This document shows, one piece after another, positions 49,526 through 58,193 of a stretch of 64,000 nt of DNA. The notes beneath the pieces are model-generated. The model was given only the letters and a program-made list of their open reading frames with translations. It did not search any database and was not told the DNA's origin. The position numbers were made by a program, and so were the translations under genes. How positions within the stretch are numbered: the first letter of the stretch is position 1; each line of letters begins with the position of its first letter. The DNA lies in NCBI GenBank assembly GCA_965198225.1, contig CBDAOY010000007.1:288001-352000 (forward strand). Direction: 5' to 3'. Source of the stretch: Terriglobia bacterium (lineage in GTDB: Bacteria; Acidobacteriota; Terriglobia; 20CM-2-55-15).

Positions 49526-50099
49526 CGTCATCCTTCTCGCTGATATCGCGATGCAGCCACGTGCGAGCCAGATCCCAGTCACGCAAGACTGTCTGCGGGG
49601 AGACCTTCAACACCTGCGCGGTCTCCTTGACGCTGAGCCCACCAAAAAACCGCAGCTCCACCACTTGCGCCTTGCGCGGATCGACCGCGTCCAAGCGGCG
49701 CAGGGCATCATCCAGCGCAATCATCTCCGGAGCTCGTTTCTCCGATACCAGCGCGACTTCGTCCAGCGACACCCGCTGCGCTCCCCCGCCCCGTTTGGCG
49801 TAGCGCCGTGAGCGCGCATAGTCAACCAGAATGCGCCGCATCAACTGCGCGGCAACTGCCACGAAATGCGCCCGGTTCTGCCAGCGCGCATTCTTCCAAT
49901 CGATCAAGCGCAAATAAGCTTCATTAACGAGAGCCGTGGCTTGAAGAGTGTGGTCGGGCCGCTCCCCACGCATGTAGTGTCGGGCCAGCCGGTGCAGCTC
50001 TTGGTGGACGAGAGGTGTCAGCTTCTCCAGTGCGCTCGTGTCGCCTTCACCCCAGGCGTGAAGTAACTGCGTCGCATCCTGTGGGGATCGTACCGCCAT
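49515..50099 (-). CDS. ECF sigma factor, TIGR02999 type
   Basis: HTLQATALVNEAY, WQNRAHF, KRGGG and VELRFFGGLS motifs. Confidence 0.92.
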   Translation of the reverse strand: MAVRSPQDATQLLHAWGEGDTSALEKLTPLVHQELHRLARHYMRGERPDHTLQATALVNEAYLRLIDWKNARWQNRAHFVAVAAQLMRRILVDYARSRRYAKRGGGAQRVSLDEVALVSEKRAPEMIALDDALRRLDAVDPRKAQVVELRFFGGLSVKETAQVLKVSPQTVLRDWDLARTWLHRDISEKDDDAA

Positions 50100-50488
50100 G
50101 GGAGTCTTTCCACTGTCGGTTTGAATGTAACCTCAAGTTAGCACACAGCCTCAGGACATTACACTTGTCTTGAGATGAGTCATCTATCGGGCTCCAGCTG
50201 GTCAGAGAAAATGAAGAGTCAACCGAGTCCCAAAGCTTCGTCAAGGGAAATGGACCTCCAAAACCCGTAGATTGGTCCCTCGGAAAGGTCGGTAAAGGAT
50301 CAATCGACATCGTCTTCCCTTTCCAATAAAGTAACGCCTACTCTCAGCTGGCACCGAAATTGCCGTTCCCGCTCCCGTGGGTTTCCAGAGATTTTTCTGA
50401 TCCCGTTGGAGTTTTCCATCACAGTTCCCGCTTTAACAGGTGAGGGCAGCGAAAACCAGCACTCGCCCAAGGCCAGAAAGGAGGAATC

Positions 50489-51385
50489 ATGATCGCCGAG
50501 AAAGAAATCGAAGGAGGAGGCTTAACCATGGGGGAACAAAAGACCATCCGCAGAACGCTGGTTGTCCTCTTGTGCCTGGTCTTGGCCAACACTTCCATAT
50601 CCGCCGGGGCTCAGCAGGGCCCGTCCGTCGCGTCGCCGCCGAGCGATGCGGAAAAGGAAGAATTCCTGCGAACGGCGAAGGTCGTGCGCAAGACGGGCCT
50701 CGACGTGGGTGTCACCCGAAGCGAACGGGCCACGCTTGACGACGGGCGCCTGACACACGACGCTCACATCCAGACCATCGATGAATTCCGGCGAGGAGTG
50801 ACCACCTTGAGGCGATCCGTCGAGGTGAACTTTCGGGACAGTTACAAGTTCAACATCGCCGCCTACCGTCTGGACCGGCTGATCAACCTCAATATGGTGC
50901 CGGTCTCTGTCGAGCGAAGGATCGGTCGAGAAAAGGCGGCGGTGACCTGGTGGGTGGACGATGTGCAGATGATGGAGCGCGATCGCCATGAGAAGAAAAT
51001 CCAGCCGCCGGATTCGTCGGCCTGGAACGACCAGATGTACAACACACGCGTGTTCAACGAACTCGTGTACAACACCGATCCGAACCAGGGCAACCTCCTG
51101 ATCACGAACGACTGGCAGATTCGCCTGATTGACTATACGCGAGGATTCCGCACCTCGAAGCAGTTGAGGAGGCCTAAGAACCTCACGCCACGGATAGATC
51201 GCCGCGTCTACGAGGGACTCCGGAGCCTGGATCTGGAAACGTTGACGCGCGTGATGGACGGTGTGCTCAACAAGCCCCAGATCGAAGGCATTCTCGCGCG
51301 GCGCGACTTAATCCTGGAGTACTTCGATGGAGAGATCGCCAAAAAAGGAGACGCCTCGGTGATCTGCGACCTGACGGGGCACTGA
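50489..51385 (+). CDS. Secreted atypical kinase-fold protein (PI3/PI4K/Fam20-like motifs)
   Basis: Signal peptide; NIAAYRLDRLINLNMVPVSVER, NTDPNQGNLL and LIDYTRGF motifs. Confidence 0.65.
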   Translation: MIAEKEIEGGGLTMGEQKTIRRTLVVLLCLVLANTSISAGAQQGPSVASPPSDAEKEEFLRTAKVVRKTGLDVGVTRSERATLDDGRLTHDAHIQTIDEFRRGVTTLRRSVEVNFRDSYKFNIAAYRLDRLINLNMVPVSVERRIGREKAAVTWWVDDVQMMERDRHEKKIQPPDSSAWNDQMYNTRVFNELVYNTDPNQGNLLITNDWQIRLIDYTRGFRTSKQLRRPKNLTPRIDRRVYEGLRSLDLETLTRVMDGVLNKPQIEGILARRDLILEYFDGEIAKKGDASVICDLTGH

Positions 51386-51426
51386 GTCGGGTCATGTCCG
51401 GAATGACGACAACATCCAACTCTGCG

Positions 51427-52533
51427 CTACCAGAACATGCGGGCAGTCGTCGCTAATGTTTCGAGTTTACGTTTCTGGTCTTCAAAGGACAGGGCGTTGC
51501 CGATGATGGACGTTCCGAAGCCGCATTGGGGACTGACCGCGAGACGCTCCTCAGGGATGAAGCGTGACGCTTCTCTGATCCGGTCGGTCAGCTCTTGCAC
51601 CGTTTCCCTGCGTGCGGACTTAGTGGTCACGAGACCGAGGACCACGGTTTTGTCTTCCGGCACCTCCTTGAGCGGTTCGAAGGATCCAGAACGGGGGCCG
51701 TCGTACTCCAGCAGGATGCGCTGGGCGCCGATCCTCTTGAAGATGGGTCTGGCGATGAGATCGTAGCCGCCTTCCACGAGCCACCGGCTGCCCTGGTTGC
51801 CCCGGCAGAGGTGGAAACCGAAAGTCACACCGGAGTGGCTTCCGATCACCGCGTTGTCCATCTCGATGCCCGCCTGGAGCCATTTCTCTAACGTCCAGCC
51901 CCGTGATTCGTAGAACCGCCGCAGGTTGGGGTCGAGAAGAAGTGGATAGTGCGGCGCGTCGAGCTGGATGTAGGTCGCTCCGCATCGCACCAGCTCCCCA
52001 ACCTCCTCTTTGAGGATGTCGGTCACGTCCGCCAGGAACGCCTCCAGCGTCGAATAGGCGTTCGAGGACTTCTGCATGGACCAGAAGTTGGAAAAGAGGC
52101 TTGGGCTGGGGAGAGTGACCTTGGGGATCCGGGTAGTTCGTCGCTTGAGGTAGACAAACTCTCCGACAGAGAGCCACCGCTTCCTTTCGAGTTTCGAGAC
52201 CACCCCGAGCGAGCGGGGTCGCCTGGTTCGCTGGTCCCCGATCCGCGGGTCCCCCTTCCAGTCGCCCCAGAGAAAAGCGTCCAGGTCCCATTCACCGAAA
52301 CCTTCCACGGCTTCGGTCATCTGGCTCTGGAAGGAGAGCCGTCGCTGCTCCCCGTCGGTGACCACGTCCAGGCCAGCCCCTTCCTGCAAGGCGATGGCCC
52401 GATCAACTGCGCCATCCTCGATGGCTTTGAATTCTTCCGAAGAAAGGCGACCCGCGAGGAAGCCCTTTCGGGCTTCCAGCAGGTCAGCAGGACGGAGGAG
52501 GGAGCCGACCACGTCGGCACGGGCTGTCAGCAC
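51427..52533 (-). CDS. Cobalamin-independent methionine synthase II-like protein
   Basis: DVVGSLLRP, VTDGEQRR, IQLDAP, HLCRGN, LEYD and SPQCGF motifs. Confidence 0.9.
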   Translation of the reverse strand: MLTARADVVGSLLRPADLLEARKGFLAGRLSSEEFKAIEDGAVDRAIALQEGAGLDVVTDGEQRRLSFQSQMTEAVEGFGEWDLDAFLWGDWKGDPRIGDQRTRRPRSLGVVSKLERKRWLSVGEFVYLKRRTTRIPKVTLPSPSLFSNFWSMQKSSNAYSTLEAFLADVTDILKEEVGELVRCGATYIQLDAPHYPLLLDPNLRRFYESRGWTLEKWLQAGIEMDNAVIGSHSGVTFGFHLCRGNQGSRWLVEGGYDLIARPIFKRIGAQRILLEYDGPRSGSFEPLKEVPEDKTVVLGLVTTKSARRETVQELTDRIREASRFIPEERLAVSPQCGFGTSIIGNALSFEDQKRKLETLATTARMFW

Positions 52534-52644
52534 GGCGTTGTTCTCGTTTGTTTACCCAACCCCGCTCATCCGGCGCGCGCATAAGGTGCATTCGCTAAAA
52601 CCCAATCTGAGTCGACCGTGGCTCCCGAATAATTCTTCGGATCC

Positions 52645-53943
52645 TCACTGCGATGGCGGGCCGGTCCACCGTGCCCGCAGGCCGGCGCGGTCTACAGCGT
52701 CGCCGCGGAGGTACACTTCGGCGATCTCCCGCGTATTGGTGATGTCGTCGAGGGGGTTGGCGTCCAGGACGATGAAATCCGCGCTCTTGCCCGTTTCCAC
52801 TGAACCGACGTCTGTAAGTTGCAACAGCTCGGCCGAATTCCGGGTCGCGGCCATAATGACCTCGGCCGGCGTCATCCCGGCCGCCACCATGTCCTCCATT
52901 TCAACGTGTGGCGCCCACGGGGTTCCGCCGTCCGTACCAAACGCGATCTGCATGCCTTCTGAACTGAGTCGGGCGAGATTGCGGGCCTGGATTCCGAAAC
53001 CCTCCTGAGCCTCGGGCCGATCCGTGGCCGCCTCCTGAAGTTGCTCGACCTCTTCGGCGGGCAGCGTTTCGCTCAACCAGCTCATGTCGTCCGCCACGCC
53101 TCGACCGGGAAGGTTCGGCACGAGGACTACATTCGGACGTTCCTTGACCATCTCGACGAATTCATCGTCGACGTCCATGTCCCGGACTCCGTGCGCGAAC
53201 GCGTCGATGCCCGCCCTCAGGAGCCCTTTTGCATCCTCGAGTGCAAAGATATGGGCCGCGACCCTCAGGTTGTTGGCGTGCGCCTCGTCGATGACGGCCC
53301 CGTACAGTTCGGGCGTCATCTTCTCGTACCTGCCGCCCCGGTCGTCGACCCAGATCTTGACCATGTCGACCTGTCTTGCGGCCAGCTCCTGGACGGCCGT
53401 GCGTGCCTCATCTTCGCTCGTGACCCAGTACGGGACCTCCGAGCGTCCCTCCTCCGGCCGTGTGATCCCGCGTCCCGCCGTGCGCAATCGCGCCGCGTTG
53501 GGAATCGTCTCTTCCCGGACCTGCGACGCCAGGTCGCCATCATCCGTGCCCATGCTCATGGCCACACCGATGCCGTAGTACGCCATCCGCTGCAGCTGAT
53601 CGACGAGAGCCTCCCGATCGCCGGCCGCGTGCTTGTGCGCGTCGACAATCGCGGGCATGACGGTCTTGCCGCTCAGATCCACACGCTCCGCTCCGGCCGG
53701 TGCGTTAATCTGCCCTCTCGGGCCGACCTGGGTGAAGCGACCGTTCTGGACTACGAATGCAGCGTCTTCGATCGGCTCGCTGCCGTCTCCAATGATGAGC
53801 CGCGCCCCCTCGAACACCGTGGCATCGACTGCCTCCGGCATCTCCTCGGGAGCCGGCGAACATGCCGTCGGCAAAACGAGAGCGATTGAAATTAGACCAA
53901 CAAAGAATGTCACATGACGTGATTCCGGCTTTAGACGGCGCAT
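52645..53943 (-). CDS. Amidohydrolase-family lipoprotein
   Basis: PAIVDAHKH, VKIWVD, AAH, FAHG, FGTD and GKSADF motifs. Confidence 0.88.
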   Translation of the reverse strand: MRRLKPESRHVTFFVGLISIALVLPTACSPAPEEMPEAVDATVFEGARLIIGDGSEPIEDAAFVVQNGRFTQVGPRGQINAPAGAERVDLSGKTVMPAIVDAHKHAAGDREALVDQLQRMAYYGIGVAMSMGTDDGDLASQVREETIPNAARLRTAGRGITRPEEGRSEVPYWVTSEDEARTAVQELAARQVDMVKIWVDDRGGRYEKMTPELYGAVIDEAHANNLRVAAHIFALEDAKGLLRAGIDAFAHGVRDMDVDDEFVEMVKERPNVVLVPNLPGRGVADDMSWLSETLPAEEVEQLQEAATDRPEAQEGFGIQARNLARLSSEGMQIAFGTDGGTPWAPHVEMEDMVAAGMTPAEVIMAATRNSAELLQLTDVGSVETGKSADFIVLDANPLDDITNTREIAEVYLRGDAVDRAGLRARWTGPPSQ

Positions 53944-54421
53944 AGGAACCTCCTGCGTGAAACTGAAATTGCAGATTGTCAGCCGCAACCTCACCCTGCT
54001 CTTGAGTTACGGACCAGGGGCGCGCCCGGTGAACTGGACCGGGACACCGCAGGACCGCCACCTTCTCATGATGAGATCGACTGCTCCCCAGGGACCCCAG
54101 CGGCATAGCATCGCCAAAGTCAGAGTGGGCTCGCACGCGCACCCCAACTGGTGTGAGGAGAATCCACGATGAAGAATATGACTATTGGTGGGCAGCGACA
54201 AACAAAAAACTCCTGTCGCCAGTATCCTGGCTCGACTGTTTCTTGTATGACGGTGACTATCTATGGTAGCAAGCGGAGGCGGGACCATGACGTGTAGGAG
54301 GATGCGCGCCCGAGGATTGCGGCCACTAGTGGCCTGTAACGATTTCGATTGGACATTTTTCCCAACTTTAATGATCATGCACTTGGAACGCCCCAGGCAT
54401 TCAATTCCGGGCTAAGCTGGA

Positions 54422-55840
54422 ATGATGAAAACAACGCCCGCGGCCGGTGAAACAGTCGATACAGAGGTCAGCCCCCGGGGGACTCTGGAATTGCTGTCGC
54501 AGCGCGAGGTGGAGCAACTTCAGTATTTAACTCGCTTCGGAATCGGACGAGAATTCCCGACTCTTCGATCTGCTGCGGCGTTGTTCCCTCGCCGTGATGA
54601 ACACGGACGGCAAGGAAGACGATGCCGCCGCGATATTCGACCGCTATAGCGATTTCTCCCTCGAGATCGTAAAGCGCACGCGCGGGATCAAGCTCAGGAT
54701 CAGAAATGCGCCGGCCGGAGCGTTTGTCGACCGCCGGATCATCGAGGGTATCCGCCAGCACCTGTTCGCCGTGTTGCGAGATCTCGTCTACATCGGCACC
54801 GAAATCGAACAGAGCGAGCGGTTCGATCTCGGCCGGGGAGACAGCATCACCGATGCCGTCTTTCACATCCTGAAACACGCTGGGATCCTGAATCCGAAAC
54901 TCCGGCCCAACCTTGTCGTGTGCTGGGGTGGGCATGCCACATATCGCGAACCGAGTACGAATACTCCAAAGGGGTCGGATATCACCTGGGGTTGCGCGGC
55001 CTCGACGTGTGCACCGGGTGTGGACCGGGCGCCATGAAAGGACCGATGAAGGGAGCTGCCATCGGCCATGCCAAGCAGCGGCTGCGCGATGCCCGTTATC
55101 TGGGTCTGACCGAGCCCGGGATCATCGCGGCCGAACCACCGAATCCGATGGTCAACCACCTGGTGGTCCTGCCGGATATCGAGAAGCGCCTCGAGGCGTT
55201 CGTGCGCATCGGGCACGGGATCATTGTCTTCCCGGGCGGTGCCGGCACGGCGGAAGAAATTCTGTACCTGCTGGGTGTGCTGACGGACCCGGCCAACGCG
55301 GATCGGTATCTGCCTGTCATTTTCACAGGTCCCAAGGAAAGCCGTGACTACTTCGATCAGATCGATCGTTTCATCGCGGCGACCCTGGGCGACGGGGCGC
55401 GGAAGCACTATCAAATCATCATCGACGACACGCGGGAGGTTGCGCGGCAAATGGCTCGAAAGATCCGCAGGGTTCAAACCGCGCGGCGCAAAAGTGGCGA
55501 TGCCTTCTACTTCAACTGGTTACTGTCCGTTCCCGACGGCTATCAACATCCGTTCGAGGTCAGTCACGAAACAGTCGCCGACCTCGTGCTCCATCGCGAC
55601 CTGCCGACCCACGAGCTGGCATCGAATCTACGTCGCGCCTTCTCGGCCATCGTGACGGGGAATGTCAAAGAACACGGAATTCGAATGATACGACAGCACG
55701 GGCCGTTCGAAATACTCGGGGATCGCGCCGTGATGGAGTTGCTGGATACGCTGCTTGGCAGCTTCGTCGATCAGGGTCGCATGAGAATTGCCAGCGAATC
55801 CTACGAACCCTGCTATCGGGTAGTCGCGTCGCAGGCCTGA
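54422..55840 (+). pseudogene. ppnN: Nucleotide 5'-monophosphate nucleosidase PpnN, two frameshifts
   Basis: [46 protein letters not shown] and PGGAGTAEE motifs spread over three ORFs; shifts at ~54530 and ~54938. Confidence 0.85.
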
Positions 55841-55911
55841 GGCGATCTAGAACGGGGAGCGTGCCGAAGCCGCGTAGCCCGCTTTGCCCGCAGCTCACAA
55901 ACGCTTCCAGA

Positions 55912-57981
55912 TCAGCCGATCGTTGATACGTCCCAGAGAAGTACCGTCGTATCGGCCCCGCCGGAAGCCAGCGTACGTCCGTCTGGAGAAAAAGCGACCG
56001 TCTTGACCGGGCCCGTGTGGCCGGTGATTCTGCGCAGTTCTGCTCCTGAGGCGACATCCCACAGCCGGATTGTGCCGTCGTCGCCGGCCGATGCGATGAC
56101 TTTGCCGTCCGGCGAGAAGCTAACCGCTGAGACTGGCAGCTCGTGACCCTCGAGCCTTGCCAATTCCTCTCCCGTCGCCACGTTCCAAAGCACGATAGAC
56201 CCTGGAACCGTCACTGGTCTGTACCCACGTGCTTCTGGCACCGCAGCCAGAAGGCTCCCGTCCGGCGAAAAAGCGAGAAACTTCGGAAACCTGAGCTTCG
56301 GGGTGTGGGAACTTTCGAGTTTCCGCACCTGCTGTCCAGAAGCCACGTCCCAGATGAGCGCTGTACCGTCTTTATCTCCGGACGCGAGTGTCTGTCCGGT
56401 CGGCGAGAACGCGACTGCCGTGTCCTGAACATTCCTGGAACGCACAACTTTGCGAACGAGCTCACCGGTCGCCAGATTCCATAGATGAAAACCCTGCTCA
56501 TAGCCCTGCCCGTATGCCAGCAGCCTGCCTTCCGGCGAATACGAGATTGATGTAATTGGGCCTACCCCCGTTTGGAATGATCTCACCGTCTCCCCGCTCT
56601 GGATGCCCCGGACAACCACGCTGCCTAGGGGCCCCCCAGATGCCAGCGTTCCACCATCGGGCGCAACAGCAAGCGCGCTCACGCTCCAGCGTTGGCCCTC
56701 GATCCGTAGACTCTCTCGACCGGAGGCCACGTGCCACAGGCGAACGACACCATCGTCGTCTCCTGATGCCAGGCTTCCGCCATCGGGGGAAAAGACGACG
56801 GCATTGACTGTCGCCGTCGAGCCCCCCGGACCGAGTTGCTCTCCTGTCGTCAGGTCCCAGAGACGGACATGCCCATCGCTGCCGGACGCGAGCGTTCGAC
56901 CGTCAGGAGAGATCGCAATGGAGGTTCCCTCACGACGCTTGTTCTGTCTAATTCTCAGTCTCTCTTGTGCGCTCGATGTGTTCCAGATCCGAATCAAGGC
57001 ATCGTCGTGCGTATCCACCGTAGCCAACACTTTTCCATCCGGTGAAAAAGCCACGGAACCGAGCCAGTCGACTCGGCCCGCCATTATCTCTTTACCCGTT
57101 CCAGTCTCCTTGAGACGAGCGATGCGATCCCGGCTGTCCCAGGTGAACATCCTGTCTCCGGGCAGCAACACTCTCCAACTTGCGTAGTCAGCTTGCAGGT
57201 AGCTCGCAACTCTCCCGAGGAAGAGTCGCAGGCTGCCGAGGAATCGAGAACTTGTCGCCGAGAGATTCTCTCTACCGGTAGCAATCTCCCAGCTGCGCAC
57301 GGGCGGGTCGTACCGGCCACTGGCTCTCAACGTCTCTCCGTCCTCCGAAAAGGCGATCGAAGCCGCTTCCTTTGCATCGATCGCCAGGAGCTCCTTGCCG
57401 GATGCGACCTCCCACAGCCGCACAGTCTTGTCCTCGATACCGGTGCTGATCTTCTCCCCGTGTGGGGCAGTCCAGAAGCCCCGGTCCTGGCTCCTCGACG
57501 CCAGGATCTTCCCGTCCGGCGAAAAACAGAGCTGATAGACCGACCCGGTCTGGCCGTCGATCCGGCGGATCAGGGCTCCTGTAACGGTGTTCCAAAAAGC
57601 GATGACGCCTTCGAGGTTATGGCCGCGGTAATTGCCGCCACCGCCAGCGACCAGTATCCGGCCGTCGGGAGAGAATCGGAGGTGGTAGATCAAGAATTCG
57701 GCAGACAGAGTCCGAACCTGTTTGCCGCTGGCGAGATCTCCGAGCACGATGGTCGCCCCGGCTGAGGTTGCGATTGTCCTTCCGTCCGGCGAGAAGGCGA
57801 GCGGGGATCGATCCGAAGGGAATCGAAAGTCGACGCTGCCGAAGCGTTGAATTGCGCCGGGCGGGAGTGGCTCCCCATACCTGTCCAGGCGTGTGAGGGC
57901 ACTCCTGTCTCCGGAGGTCTGACCAGCGAGGGATACCGTTGCGGAAAACATCGCGACCGCAAGTAGCGTGATCTTTCGCAT
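55912..57981 (-). CDS. Secreted WD40-repeat protein
   Basis: Signal peptide; DRYGEPLPPGAIQRFG N-terminal motif; many FSPDG..LAS..WD repeats. Confidence 0.9.
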   Translation of the reverse strand: MRKITLLAVAMFSATVSLAGQTSGDRSALTRLDRYGEPLPPGAIQRFGSVDFRFPSDRSPLAFSPDGRTIATSAGATIVLGDLASGKQVRTLSAEFLIYHLRFSPDGRILVAGGGGNYRGHNLEGVIAFWNTVTGALIRRIDGQTGSVYQLCFSPDGKILASRSQDRGFWTAPHGEKISTGIEDKTVRLWEVASGKELLAIDAKEAASIAFSEDGETLRASGRYDPPVRSWEIATGRENLSATSSRFLGSLRLFLGRVASYLQADYASWRVLLPGDRMFTWDSRDRIARLKETGTGKEIMAGRVDWLGSVAFSPDGKVLATVDTHDDALIRIWNTSSAQERLRIRQNKRREGTSIAISPDGRTLASGSDGHVRLWDLTTGEQLGPGGSTATVNAVVFSPDGGSLASGDDDGVVRLWHVASGRESLRIEGQRWSVSALAVAPDGGTLASGGPLGSVVVRGIQSGETVRSFQTGVGPITSISYSPEGRLLAYGQGYEQGFHLWNLATGELVRKVVRSRNVQDTAVAFSPTGQTLASGDKDGTALIWDVASGQQVRKLESSHTPKLRFPKFLAFSPDGSLLAAVPEARGYRPVTVPGSIVLWNVATGEELARLEGHELPVSAVSFSPDGKVIASAGDDGTIRLWDVASGAELRRITGHTGPVKTVAFSPDGRTLASGGADTTVLLWDVSTIG

Positions 57982-58129
57982 ACGGGAACTCCTCAATAGA
58001 CCGCGATGATCTGCCGAATCCACCTTCATTTAGAAGTAAGTTCAGGCCGGGGGAAAGTCAAGAACAGAGCCCGGCGTCGATCGACGCGACACTTTGCCTT
58101 GAAATGGAGGTTTGAGTTCCAGAGAATCC

Positions 58130-58172
58130 ACAAACACAAAGCCCGCCGCACCAGGATTGACGCAGCGGGCCC
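58130..58172 (-). terminator. Rho-independent terminator candidate
   Basis: GCCCGCTGC...GCGGCGGGC stem followed by TTTGTGTTTG, downstream of the molybdoenzyme gene. Confidence 0.55.
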
Positions 58173-58193
58173 TAGGTTGGTCTTCTTAAATGG

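Noticed and set aside
54000-54420. Riboswitch or ncRNA between the amidohydrolase and ppnN
   Set aside because: Short hairpins only; no recognisable aptamer consensus.
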